Positions 14,040 to 23,189 of a stretch of DNA of 32,000 nt are shown here, one piece after another (the first letter of the stretch is position 1; every line of letters starts with the position of its first letter). Source of the DNA: Wolbachia endosymbiont of Drosophila innubila. Lineage in GTDB: Bacteria; Pseudomonadota; Alphaproteobacteria; Rickettsiales; Anaplasmataceae. The DNA is taken from NCBI RefSeq assembly GCF_021378375.1, contig NZ_CP076228.1, forward strand, positions 180,001 through 212,000. Direction: 5' to 3'. The translations under genes and the position numbers were made by a program. The notes under the pieces are model-generated. The model did not search any database and had not been told where the DNA came from. It saw only the letters and a program-made list of their open reading frames with translations.

Positions 14040-14271
14040 GATGTCTCTTTCTCTTATTAGCTCTTTTTTTAGATCAAATCTTTCTTTGTCATAAGGAGCC
14101 TTTGCCTGGAAATGCGTATGCTCCAGACATTTTCCATTATATTTTCTTACTTAACATACTGCCATCTATACCTAGATCTTTTGCTATTTTTGTACTTGCT
14201 TGACCTGTTTCTTTAACCAGCTTAACAGCTTCTAATTTGAATTCTGCTGTATATTCTCTTCTATTTGTCAT
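14040..14271 (-). pseudogene. IS3-family OrfA-like transposase remnant
   Basis: ATG at 14271: MTNRREYTAEFKLEAVKLVKETGQASTKIAKDLGIDGSMLSK then a stop. A downstream frame carries ERFDLKKELIRERDILKKALGKEKE-like OrfA C-terminus. Confidence 0.7.
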
Positions 14272-14376
14272 ATTTTGAAAAAACGTTTTATTTTACTCCA
14301 AAAACGTCTTAACTTTCTCTCTACTTTTTCTGGGTAAGGTCACTACTTGGATGACAGATAGTAGTGCGAAAGTCTC

Positions 14377-15087
14377 TTACAACTTACTTTTAATTAGTCT
14401 AACCCATGCGTGCCAATCCCTCTCACCAAGATTGCTTTCAAAAGATAGGAGATCCTTTACAGCTTTTGAGCAAATTTCTTCACTTGGAATTGATAACTCC
14501 TTATTCATTGCTAACGTTAAACATTGAGTTTTGCACGCTTGTTCTAAATGATACGAGTAAAACATTGCTTCTTGTATAGTCCGACCACACGTTATAGATC
14601 CATGATTACGCATTAACATGACAAAATTTTCTTTCAGATCAGCTATTAACCTCTTTCCTTCTGTATCGCTAAGTGCTAGGGAATTATAATTATGGTAAGA
14701 GATTTTATTGTAAAAGTGCAGTGCCCATTGACTTATAGGAAGCAGCCCATCTTTGAGAGAAGAAACCGCTACAATAGAAGGTGTATGCAAGTGAAAAATT
14801 GCTTGAATATCTTTCCTTGCTTGATAAACAAAACCATGAATTATATAGCCAGTTCTATTATATTGATATTCTTTGCCTTCAATTACATCTCCATCAAATG
14901 ATACTTTCATTAACGAACGTTCATCTACTTCATCAAAACGCATACCAAACGGATAAATATAAAACGACTTTTGATCTTCAGAACGCACTGAAAGGTGAGT
15001 ATATGTATGATCATCGAACTTAAGGTAGGACAAAATCTGATAGGCATAGACTAGATCCCTTTTTACTCTGCTCTTTGTTAACAACAC
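14377..15087 (-). CDS. Class II aldolase/adducin family protein
   Basis: 236 aa; [68 protein letters not shown]. Confidence 0.87.
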   Translation of the reverse strand: MLLTKSRVKRDLVYAYQILSYLKFDDHTYTHLSVRSEDQKSFYIYPFGMRFDEVDERSLMKVSFDGDVIEGKEYQYNRTGYIIHGFVYQARKDIQAIFHLHTPSIVAVSSLKDGLLPISQWALHFYNKISYHNYNSLALSDTEGKRLIADLKENFVMLMRNHGSITCGRTIQEAMFYSYHLEQACKTQCLTLAMNKELSIPSEEICSKAVKDLLSFESNLGERDWHAWVRLIKSKL

Positions 15088-15367
15088 AATCCTCTGTTAG
15101 AATCTTCTGAAGGTTTATACGCGAAAAGAGACTTGTAGTAAACTAATAAGTCTATGCCACTCTGTCTTGCTTTCTGAATACCAAACACTTTTGTGTTGTA
15201 GCTTGCTTAAAAATAGTTATCGTTATTATAGAGTTTATATACAGAATTTATGTTTTTAAATTACATAATATCTTAACTGCAAAAGTAATTTTCTATATAA
15301 TATTTCATATGTTTTAAAGCTTCATTTTTATGTTATTATAAATGTAAGTTTCAAGATTGAAAATAAT

Positions 15368-15991
15368 ATGATAAATATTAACACAAAAAAACAGCCAGCA
15401 GGATTTTTCATATATCTCTCTGGTCTTTCGGGAAGAGGTAAACTTTCCACAGCAATAGAATTATCTAATATGATAAACGCATTAATTGTAAATAGTAAGT
15501 TCTATAACAATGTTCAAGCTTGCTCTATATACGATGGTGTCTTTGAACGTGATCAAATACCTAAAGAAGTTCAAGATAGAATATATGGCATTATGCAAAT
15601 TATGCTTCAGGTAATAGAAAATTATCCAATTCACTCAAAAAATTACATATTTATTGATGAGTTGATGGAAAATAATGACCAGAACATGAGGATGTATGAT
15701 TCAATAGTAAGGCTTAGTAAAAAAATGAACACAGAAATCCTTCCTGTGGTACTTAGGTGTGATCTACCGACATTACAAAAGCGTATTGCATTAAAAAGGC
15801 AAAGAAAAAATAGGAAGGTGATTAATCTAAATAGCATTGTAGAGAAATTTAGGACTGACGATTTATTTATACCACCAAGTGCCATAGAGATAGAAAATTC
15901 AGATATGAGTATAAAAGAAGTAGCTCAAGAGATAGTAAACCAGATGCACAAGCTTAGTAACATTGCATGTACGCGAAAGAATAGTCTATAA
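15368..15991 (+). CDS. P-loop kinase-like protein resembling adenylylsulfate kinase/AAA-type kinases, degenerate Walker A
   Basis: FFIYLSGLSGRGKLSTAIELSNMI (Walker A position), SIYDGVFERDQIP, VVLRCDLPTLQKRIALKRQRKNRKV. Confidence 0.55.
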   Translation: MININTKKQPAGFFIYLSGLSGRGKLSTAIELSNMINALIVNSKFYNNVQACSIYDGVFERDQIPKEVQDRIYGIMQIMLQVIENYPIHSKNYIFIDELMENNDQNMRMYDSIVRLSKKMNTEILPVVLRCDLPTLQKRIALKRQRKNRKVINLNSIVEKFRTDDLFIPPSAIEIENSDMSIKEVAQEIVNQMHKLSNIACTRKNSL

Positions 15992-16561
15992 TGATTTCAT
16001 ATACTGAGGCTCATTTAAATATAGAGCTTCAACTTCATTTAATTTTTGCTTGTTCTCTAATCTATAACGGACTAATAGCCCTGCATGGCTAGCATTTAAA
16101 TTGCAATCCATATGTGTACTGCTTGTAGCGTGACACTGGGATCCAGGTGCAGATAGTGGCAATAAATTGAAATCAAATAACTGCGTATAAAACCCTTGAG
16201 CATTTTTGACTATAGCTCTGATATTTTTTTTGTTATTCGTACAAAGCAAAGATATTGCGTAGGCTTGAACTTCCAGCGCATTAACTCCGTATAATGGCTT
16301 ATTTGTAGCAAGATTTATACCTTGTGCAGCTGATATACCAACTCTAATTCCAGTGAAACTTCCTGGTCCAACTACTACCACTAAATGATCTATTTTATCA
16401 TAATTATAGTTGTGCTTATCAAACAAAGTATTCAGAATTTGAAAAAATGATTCTGCATGATTGTTGCTGGCGGAATTGTGCTCTACAAAACAGTTACCAT
16501 CATAATCAACTATTGCTATTGAACTACCAATACCTACAGTATCAATCGCTAAAATAGACAT
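15986..16561 (-). CDS. tsaB: tRNA threonylcarbamoyladenosine biosynthesis protein TsaB
   Basis: ILAIDTVGIGSSIAIVDYDG, HAESFFQILNTLF, DHLVVVVGPGSFTGIRVGISAAQGINLATNKPLYGVNALE. Confidence 0.93.
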   Translation of the reverse strand: MSILAIDTVGIGSSIAIVDYDGNCFVEHNSASNNHAESFFQILNTLFDKHNYNYDKIDHLVVVVGPGSFTGIRVGISAAQGINLATNKPLYGVNALEVQAYAISLLCTNNKKNIRAIVKNAQGFYTQLFDFNLLPLSAPGSQCHATSSTHMDCNLNASHAGLLVRYRLENKQKLNEVEALYLNEPQYMKSL

Positions 16562-17724
16562 TACTTAAGCTTATCATAGAGTTTTGTAAACATTATAGCA
16601 AAGGCACCATTACCCATAACGTTTGCTGAAGTGATTATTGGATCAAACACTATATACAGTGCTGTGATTAACGAAAGCATTTCTGGAGAAAATTTGAGGT
16701 ATTTCTCAAGAATAGGTAGCATTACCATAATTCCTCCTGCCGGAACTGCCACGATAGCAAACTTAAATAACAAAAAATAGAGAAGGAAAGTTACATAGTC
16801 TGTTGTGCACAATGAATAACCGGAGGCAATTATCATTGATAATATTATAATAAAAAAGCAATCACCTACTAAATGAAAGCTAGCAGTTATTGGCACAACA
16901 GACGATGCTATGTCAGGTTGCTTTACATTTTTTTTGCTTCCTTCAAGAGTAAGCGGCATAGTTGCATTACTAGACATTGTGCTCATTGCAGTAATAAATG
17001 CCGGTATCATATTGCCTATACTAGCTATCCAGCTTGTGATCTTGAATGAATTTGCTGCTCCATATAAGAGGAAAACATAAAGGTAGGTTGCAGATGCTAT
17101 AATAATGAAAATTATTGAGTAATCCTTAAATATTATAGATAAAACTTGATCATGCTGCATTTTTAAAGCAAGCCCAAGTACAAATATTGGAATAATCGGC
17201 GTCAAAAACGTCTTCAAAATAAAGAGAGTTAAATCTAACATTTTGTTCGAAAGCTCTCTGCTTTTTTTGGGTAGCAGTGTGGACACTACTATGCTGGACA
17301 CAAATCCACAAGCAAGGGCATAAAAATTAGAAAGCAATGCAGGCAGTCTAAACGACCATAAGGGAACAATTGTTTCTTCATACGTTATATCTTGTATTGA
17401 ATAAGTGTTTTGTATGATAAAATGCCCAACAGAATAAGCTATTAAACTTGAAGCCAGATTCGATAAGAAGATCATTATAATAAGTAACAATATGAACTTT
17501 ATAGCTGACTGCTTAAGATTGTTAACACTGCTAAAGATTAACGCAAAAATAATAAAAGGCATTATAAATAGCAAAACCTCTTTTATACTAAGGCTCGTTG
17601 AGTACAAGAAGGTTTTTACTTCCATTGGAACTAAATGACCAAAGAATGCAGCTGAAGTGATGACCGTGAGTAAGATTAATAGTTGTAGCACGTTCTTATA
17701 TACCAATGTCCTATGGACATACAT
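16561..17724 (-). CDS. Dicarboxylate/amino acid:cation symporter (DAACS family)
   Basis: Multi-TM 387 aa with MSTMSSNATMPLTLEG, VPITASFHLVGDCFF and ALYIVFDPIITSANVMGNGAFAIMFTK. Confidence 0.87.
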   Translation of the reverse strand: MYVHRTLVYKNVLQLLILLTVITSAAFFGHLVPMEVKTFLYSTSLSIKEVLLFIMPFIIFALIFSSVNNLKQSAIKFILLLIIMIFLSNLASSLIAYSVGHFIIQNTYSIQDITYEETIVPLWSFRLPALLSNFYALACGFVSSIVVSTLLPKKSRELSNKMLDLTLFILKTFLTPIIPIFVLGLALKMQHDQVLSIIFKDYSIIFIIIASATYLYVFLLYGAANSFKITSWIASIGNMIPAFITAMSTMSSNATMPLTLEGSKKNVKQPDIASSVVPITASFHLVGDCFFIIILSMIIASGYSLCTTDYVTFLLYFLLFKFAIVAVPAGGIMVMLPILEKYLKFSPEMLSLITALYIVFDPIITSANVMGNGAFAIMFTKLYDKLK

Positions 17725-17819
17725 ATGGTAAGTTAGTTGTTAAGTAAAGCAAAACTGTCTAAACTGCACAGCAAATGGTGTAATGAAAGTGGAATGACAA
17801 AAAAGAGTGAAATTAGCAT

Positions 17820-18809
17820 TCACTTATTATTCGTGTCATTTTCAGTAAAAGCTTCTTCCCACGTGCCTTGAGTTGCTGCGCGGCTATACTCTGTTACTCT
17901 ATTTTCAAAGAAATTCGTATGTTCAACGCCATTTAGTATTTCATCAAGCCACGGAATAGGATTATCATTGACATCATATATGGACTCAAGACCTAATTGC
18001 ATTAACCGTCTGTTTGCTACGTAGCGTATGTAATTGCGCACTTCTTCTGCGGATAGTCCTTCAACATCTCCTAAATCAAAGGCAAGCTTTATGAATTCGT
18101 CCTCAAGTTCAACGATGGTGCGACATGCAGAATATAATTCCTCTTTAAACTCGTTGTCCCAAATTTCATTATTCTCTTTAATAAATGTATTAAATAACAT
18201 GATAATTGAATTGGTGTGCAAAGTTTCATCACGGGCTGACCAGGCGATTATCTGCCCCATTCCTTTCATTTTTCCAAAACGTTGGAAATTGAGCAAAATT
18301 GCAAATGATGCAAATAACTGCAACCCTTCAGTGAATGCACCAAACACTGCTAGAGTTTTAGCTACATGTTTTTTATCGTGTTTTTTGCTTTCCTCGAATT
18401 CTAACATATATTCATATTTCTTTCTCATAGCATCATACTTTAAAAATGCTTGATACTCACTTTCTGGCATGCCAATTGTGTCTAAAAGATAAGAATAAGC
18501 TGCAATGTGTATGGTTTCCATATTGGAAAAGCTTGCAAGCATCATGCATATTTCTGTTGGCTTAAATATATTTGAATAATGCCTCATGTAGCAGTTATTT
18601 ACTTCAATGTCTGCCTGAGTAAAAAATCTAAAGATCTGGGTTAGTAGATTTTTTTCTACACTTGAAAGTTTAGTTTTCCAATCCTTCACGTCATCAGCGA
18701 GCGGAACTTCTTCAGGTATCCAATGGATTCTTTGTTGCTGCAGCCACGCATCATACGCCCAAGGGTAATTAAAAGGTTTGTATATTGGATCTGCTTCTAA
18801 CAATGACAT
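17820..18809 (-). CDS. nrdB: Ribonucleoside-diphosphate reductase beta (small) subunit
   Basis: METIHIAAYSYLLDT (Glu/His ligands and H+4 radical Tyr), TEGLQLFASFA, WSARDETLH. Confidence 0.94.
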   Translation of the reverse strand: MSLLEADPIYKPFNYPWAYDAWLQQQRIHWIPEEVPLADDVKDWKTKLSSVEKNLLTQIFRFFTQADIEVNNCYMRHYSNIFKPTEICMMLASFSNMETIHIAAYSYLLDTIGMPESEYQAFLKYDAMRKKYEYMLEFEESKKHDKKHVAKTLAVFGAFTEGLQLFASFAILLNFQRFGKMKGMGQIIAWSARDETLHTNSIIMLFNTFIKENNEIWDNEFKEELYSACRTIVELEDEFIKLAFDLGDVEGLSAEEVRNYIRYVANRRLMQLGLESIYDVNDNPIPWLDEILNGVEHTNFFENRVTEYSRAATQGTWEEAFTENDTNNK

Positions 18810-18940
18810 AAGACACCTATTATTTTCTAAAGTAAATATTATATTAAGTGATATTGAGAATCAGTCAATTTAACTTTTTTGAAATTTGACGGCAGATAAT
18901 TTATTAGTGTATTATAGCTTCAAGTAATTTATCAACAGAA

Positions 18941-19279
18941 ATGCGAGTATTAATATCTTTTATTTTATTATTTACAGTGAGCTGCACTCACACTATTCAC
19001 AATCACGGAGCTCCTGGCATTAGTGTTGAATTGTGGAGCAAGATAAAAGTAGGTGACGATAAAGAAAAAGTGGTTCACACTTTAGGATCACCAACATTAG
19101 TATCAAAGTTCGATGACAATGTTTGGTACTATGTCTCATATAAAATTAAACAAGCCAATTTTTTAGGAAAAAGGAAGTATAGTAGTAAGTCTCTGCAAAT
19201 TTCATTCGACCAGGACGGTAAAGTTGAAGATACAAAAGAAACTGACATCTTAGAGAGATCTTTTGCTGTTTCTGATTGA
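18941..19279 (+). CDS. bamE: Outer membrane assembly lipoprotein BamE (SmpA/OmlA family)
   Basis: Lipobox-like LLFTVSC; ISVELWSKIKVGDDKEKVVHTLGSPT...WYYVSYK...LQISFDQDGKV. Confidence 0.82.
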   Translation: MRVLISFILLFTVSCTHTIHNHGAPGISVELWSKIKVGDDKEKVVHTLGSPTLVSKFDDNVWYYVSYKIKQANFLGKRKYSSKSLQISFDQDGKVEDTKETDILERSFAVSD

Positions 19280-19526
19280 AAGTTTGCTCAGATCTTCCTA
19301 CGTCATACCGCGGTTCATTCCATAACTGTACGAACATTGCGATTTGGGCCTACCAGAAGGGTGTCATGAAAGTAGCTGACACTAGTTCCTTTATGACGGC
19401 AGTGCCCAGACTACTTGGATCCAGGAAACTTAATTGCAAGTAATGCATTGGGTTTGGTAAGTATGGGTTTTGCGTTATAGAATGAAGCACTTTTGGTGAA
19501 TTTGTAAAGAAAACTGGATCCCAGTG

Positions 19527-19852
19527 GGCTTTGTTGCATCGCTAGCTATGATGGATTAAAGATAAAAAAGATAGGGAATATCAGTAGCTTATTATTCTGG
19601 TATTTATAACAAGAACGGTCAATGAATACCTAAATTTGAGTAAAAGAAATTTCACTACCATTTACCAATCCGGCTAAAATTCAAGAATTTCAATGCTTTA
19701 GCTATTTTCAATAGAATTAAATTTATTAATATAAATAACAAATTACTATTCTTAAATTTGATCAGATTGATTGCAAAAAAACAAGATTTTCAATAAGTTG
19801 CTTATAATCCTAACTATAGTTAGCCTTTCATAAGTAGCGATGTAACAAAGCC
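19527..19852. mobile_element. 326-bp MITE-like element with 9-bp target site duplication
   Basis: Left end GGCTTTGTTGCATCGCTA (19527-19544); right end TAGCGATGTAACAAAGCC (19835-19852), 17/18 inverted match. Flanked by direct repeats ATCCCAGTG at 19518-19526 and 19853-19861. No open transposase frame. Confidence 0.85.
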
Positions 19853-19976
19853 ATCCCAGTGTCAAGCACTGGGATGACACCATTTGTTGTAAACTCACTT
19901 TTACTCTATGGTTATACTACCTTGCTGCTATTCTGAACGGATACAGTGGGCTTATTAAATTATAGAATTACTTTAG

Positions 19977-20597
19977 CTATAGAATAAAATCTAGTGTTAC
20001 TTCACGCCAAATGTGGTGGTGCTGAGTAGGCAAGCCGGTCAATGGGCTACATTTATATACTGCACGCATTGCATTATCTGCTATCGACCTGAAAAGTGGA
20101 TTATTTCGATAGGAATCACTGTCTGCTACATCCGCCATAATTATCTCGCCTTGACTGGATAACAATAAGTTAATTTTTATATTAAAATTTTCTTTGTAAG
20201 CTATGCTTTCAGGAATGCTCCAGCATTTTGTGAGCTTGTCTCTTATAGAGTTAATAATTTCTGTTACAACTAATTCATCCTTTTTGCTCTCAACGCTTTT
20301 TTCGTTTCCTATTTCATTTTTTGCCCCTCTAACATCCCTTCTTAGTTTTTTCTCTACACTTTTTTTTCTTTTTGGAATTGGAATGAATTCTTTACCCTCG
20401 TTAATAATGACTTCTTCTTGCATTTCGATAATTTGCCTCGGTTGTGCTACAACAGTGTGCTCAACTATTTCTTTTTTCCTTTGTGGTATAGGAACAGCTA
20501 ACGTATCATTCGTTTGGGCTTTTGTTGAAGATAACGAAAAAAGCAAAAAACAACATAAAGACAAAAAAAGAATATAATTCGAATAGAAAAAACGCAT
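19977..20597 (-). CDS. TolA/TonB-C-like periplasmic protein with N-terminal signal/anchor
   Basis: Hydrophobic N-terminus (YILFLSLCCFLLFSLSSTKAQ), charged linker, then IINSIRDKLTKCWSIPESIAYKENFNIKINLLLSSQGEI...ADNAMRAVYKCSPLTGLP...WREVTLDF, typical of a TolA C-terminal domain. Confidence 0.65.
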   Translation of the reverse strand: MRFFYSNYILFLSLCCFLLFSLSSTKAQTNDTLAVPIPQRKKEIVEHTVVAQPRQIIEMQEEVIINEGKEFIPIPKRKKSVEKKLRRDVRGAKNEIGNEKSVESKKDELVVTEIINSIRDKLTKCWSIPESIAYKENFNIKINLLLSSQGEIIMADVADSDSYRNNPLFRSIADNAMRAVYKCSPLTGLPTQHHHIWREVTLDFIL

Positions 20598-20769
20598 ATG
20601 TTAAGCAGCTTGTTTTACTGGTTTAAAGCTAATATTGCACGTAAAGTCAATATATTTTAGTTGATGGACGAGTTTGAAGTCAATAAGGAATCCCTTCAAA
20701 GCTGAAGGCAAGCGGAAGATTGTCTTCTCGACAGACAAAGGAATTGTATAATGGATTAAAAGGAATCGT

Positions 20770-21801
20770 ATGACAAAAATTATAGCAAAAGAATATACAG
20801 AATTTTTAGAGCAATTGAAGGATCATATTGCAACAAACCGTTATAAAGCAGCACTTGCAGTAAATAGTAAGCTTATTTTGCTTTACCACCATATTGGTAC
20901 AGAGATCCTAAAACGCCAAAAAGAACATACCTGGGGAGCTAAGGTAATTGATCAATTAAGTAAGGATTTGAGAAGTACATTTCCAGAAATGAAAGGCTTT
21001 AGCATGAGAAATCTGAAGTATATGCGTAAGTTTGCCGAAGAATATCCTGATGTTGAATTTGTGCAGGAGCCTCTTGCACAATTAACTTGGTATCACAATA
21101 TCACTCTTTTGGAAAAAATAGAAAGTCATGAAATAAGATTATTTTATGTAAAAAAAGCTATTGAACATGGCTGGTCACGTAACATTATGGTGATGCAGAT
21201 AGAACTTGGACTACATAAACGTCAAGGAAAAGCAATAACTAATTTTAAAGAAAAATTACCATCTCCACAATCCGATCTAGCACATTACACATTAAAAGAT
21301 CCGTATATTTTTGATTTTTTAAGTATAGGTAAGGATGCTCATGAAAGAGAAGTAGAAAAAGGACTCGTAGGGCATATGGAAAAATTTCTGTTAGAACTCG
21401 GTGAAGGATTTGCATTTGTTGGTAGACAATTTCATTTAGATGTTGGTAATAAAGACTTTTATATTGATTTATTATTCTATCATTTAAAGTTACGTTGCTT
21501 CGTAGTGATTGAACTAAAAGATAAGGATTTTAAGCCGGAATATGCTGGTAAAATGAATTTTTATCTTTCTGCAGTTGATGATTTACTGAAGCACTCGACA
21601 GATCAACCTTCTATAGGGTTAATCTTATGTAAATCTAAAGACGATGTACTTGCTAAATATACACTCCGAGACATGAACAAGCCAATAGGGCTAGCAGAAT
21701 ATCGAATAACTGAAAATCTACCAGAGAACATAAAAACAGCTTTACCGACGATAGAAGAATTAGAAGCTGAATTATCCAAAATTTCAGACGAGGAAAAGTA
21801 A
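20770..21801 (+). CDS. PDDEXK nuclease domain protein (YhcG/DUF1016 family)
   Basis: NSKLILLYHHIGTEILKRQ, WGAKVIDQLSKDLRSTFPEMKGFSMRNLKYMRKFAEEYP, and nuclease core FYIDLLFYHLKLRCFVVIELKDKDFKPEYAGKMNFYLSAVDD. Confidence 0.92.
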   Translation: MTKIIAKEYTEFLEQLKDHIATNRYKAALAVNSKLILLYHHIGTEILKRQKEHTWGAKVIDQLSKDLRSTFPEMKGFSMRNLKYMRKFAEEYPDVEFVQEPLAQLTWYHNITLLEKIESHEIRLFYVKKAIEHGWSRNIMVMQIELGLHKRQGKAITNFKEKLPSPQSDLAHYTLKDPYIFDFLSIGKDAHEREVEKGLVGHMEKFLLELGEGFAFVGRQFHLDVGNKDFYIDLLFYHLKLRCFVVIELKDKDFKPEYAGKMNFYLSAVDDLLKHSTDQPSIGLILCKSKDDVLAKYTLRDMNKPIGLAEYRITENLPENIKTALPTIEELEAELSKISDEEK

Positions 21802-21941
21802 TGTTACTAAAATCATTCAAACAATTATTTAGCAAACCAAAAGCTCAGTATGAAATGCATCAGGCTCAGGAAGAAGAGTGGCAGCCAATAACTTACTCTC
21901 TCATAGCCTTGAAACTTTGGAAGCAAACAGTAACGGAGTAA
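21801..21941 (+). CDS. Small ORF (46 aa) overlapping the nuclease stop by one base (TAATG)
   Basis: MLLKSFKQLFSKPKAQYEMHQAQEEEWQPITYSLIALKLWKQTVTE*. Below track cutoff; coupling arrangement is visible, but no homology recognised. Confidence 0.4.
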   Translation: MLLKSFKQLFSKPKAQYEMHQAQEEEWQPITYSLIALKLWKQTVTE

Positions 21942-22007
21942 GTGATTTTTATGGATTATACGCTCTAGGTGCACTATCCTATATATCATACGGTCAATAC
22001 ACTCTAA

Positions 22008-22730
22008 ATGAGATGGAAAGATGAAGGCATCATTATAGCTGCTAAAAAATACGGCGATAAAAACTTAATTCTTTCTCTGTTTACAAAAAATCATGGAAAG
22101 CGCAGGGGATTAACTAAGCTAACAAACAATAGCAATTATAAGTTTCAGATAAGTAATCTATTACATGCAGAATGGAGTGCTAAGTTACCTGAAAATCTAG
22201 GTTTTTTTAAGTGCGAATTAATCGAATCTCCATTCCATCATTTCTTTCAAGATAGGTTAAAAAGCATTACTATTGTTTCTTTCTCCTCTATTTTAGAAAA
22301 AGTGCTTCCAGAAAGTGAACCCTGTGCCATGCTGTATGACAATTTTCGATATTTCATCGATGTAATTAAACACAACAATCAGTCTTGGCAAAGCCATTAT
22401 CTTAACTTAGAGCTTCTGCTTCTTACGCAATTGGGATTCAAGTTAGACTTATCCAAATGCGCTGTAACAGGTGTTAAGGAAAATTTACAATTTATTTCTC
22501 CAAAAACTGGTAGAGCAGTGTCAAAAAAAGTAGGAGATTATTATGCAGATAAACTCCTACCTTTTCCACAAATGTTACATGATGTATACAATAATAACCT
22601 ACAAAACAGCTACTCATTCCAAGAATTTCAGTTAGGACTGAAAGTCACAGGATATTTTTTAAATAAGTATCTATTTTTGCAGTTAAACGTGAAATTTCCA
22701 GAGCTGAGAAACCTCATGTTGTCGCTTTAA
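22008..22730 (+). CDS. recO: DNA repair protein RecO
   Basis: MRWKDEGIIIAAKKYGDKNLILSLFTKNHGKRRGLTK, FQISNLLHAEWSAK, YLNLELLLLTQLGFKLDLSKCAVTG. Confidence 0.9.
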   Translation: MRWKDEGIIIAAKKYGDKNLILSLFTKNHGKRRGLTKLTNNSNYKFQISNLLHAEWSAKLPENLGFFKCELIESPFHHFFQDRLKSITIVSFSSILEKVLPESEPCAMLYDNFRYFIDVIKHNNQSWQSHYLNLELLLLTQLGFKLDLSKCAVTGVKENLQFISPKTGRAVSKKVGDYYADKLLPFPQMLHDVYNNNLQNSYSFQEFQLGLKVTGYFLNKYLFLQLNVKFPELRNLMLSL

Positions 22731-22740
22731 TCTTAGCAGT

Positions 22741-23180
22741 CCTACGTCATACCGCGATTCATTCGCGGTATCTCTTAGCATAGATCCAGCTAACAAGTAG
22801 CGGTATGACGAACTTATCGTCATGCCACCGCGAACCGTCATACCGTGATTTATTCACGGTATCTCTTAGCATAGATCCAGCTAACAAGCAGCGGGACGAC
22901 GGTTGTCAGGGTGTCATCCCAGCGCCCCTATGATGTCATCCCAGTGCCCAGACACTGGGATCCAGAAAAGTTTGCTTGTGAACAAGCAAACTAGCATGGA
23001 AAGTGGTTACAACGTTTTCGATGAGATTATATGGAAAACTGGATTCCAGTGTCAAGCACTGGAATGACAAGGTATAAACCTTATCGTCATGCTGCCGCGA
23101 ACCGTCATACCGCGATTCATTCGCGGTATCTCAGCATAGATTCCGCTAACTAGTAGCGGAATGACGGTTGTCGGCAAACT
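22741..23180. repeat. Dispersed palindromic repeat cluster (at least two families)
   Basis: Three copies of a TACCGYGATTYATTCRCGGTATCTC unit plus one GTCATCCCAG...CTGGAATGAC unit (22935-23068). Confidence 0.85.
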
Positions 23181-23189
23181 TAAGCCACT

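Larger units (their letters stand above)
13196..14342 (-). mobile_element. Decayed IS3-family-like insertion sequence (~1147 bp)
   Basis: Near-perfect TG...CA terminal inverted repeats: TGACCTTACCCAGAAAAAGTAGAGAGAAAGTTAAGACGTTTTT at 13196 and its complement ending at 14342. Interior minus strand encodes broken transposase. Confidence 0.85.

Noticed and set aside
13973-14203. Plus-strand 76-aa ORF inside the IS
   Set aside because: Antisense to transposase remnants; hydrophobic translation is from complementing Lys-rich coding sequence.
15988-18809. tsaB, DAACS symporter and nrdB as a novel functional cluster
   Set aside because: Only same-strand neighbours of known housekeeping function; no evidence for a joint pathway.
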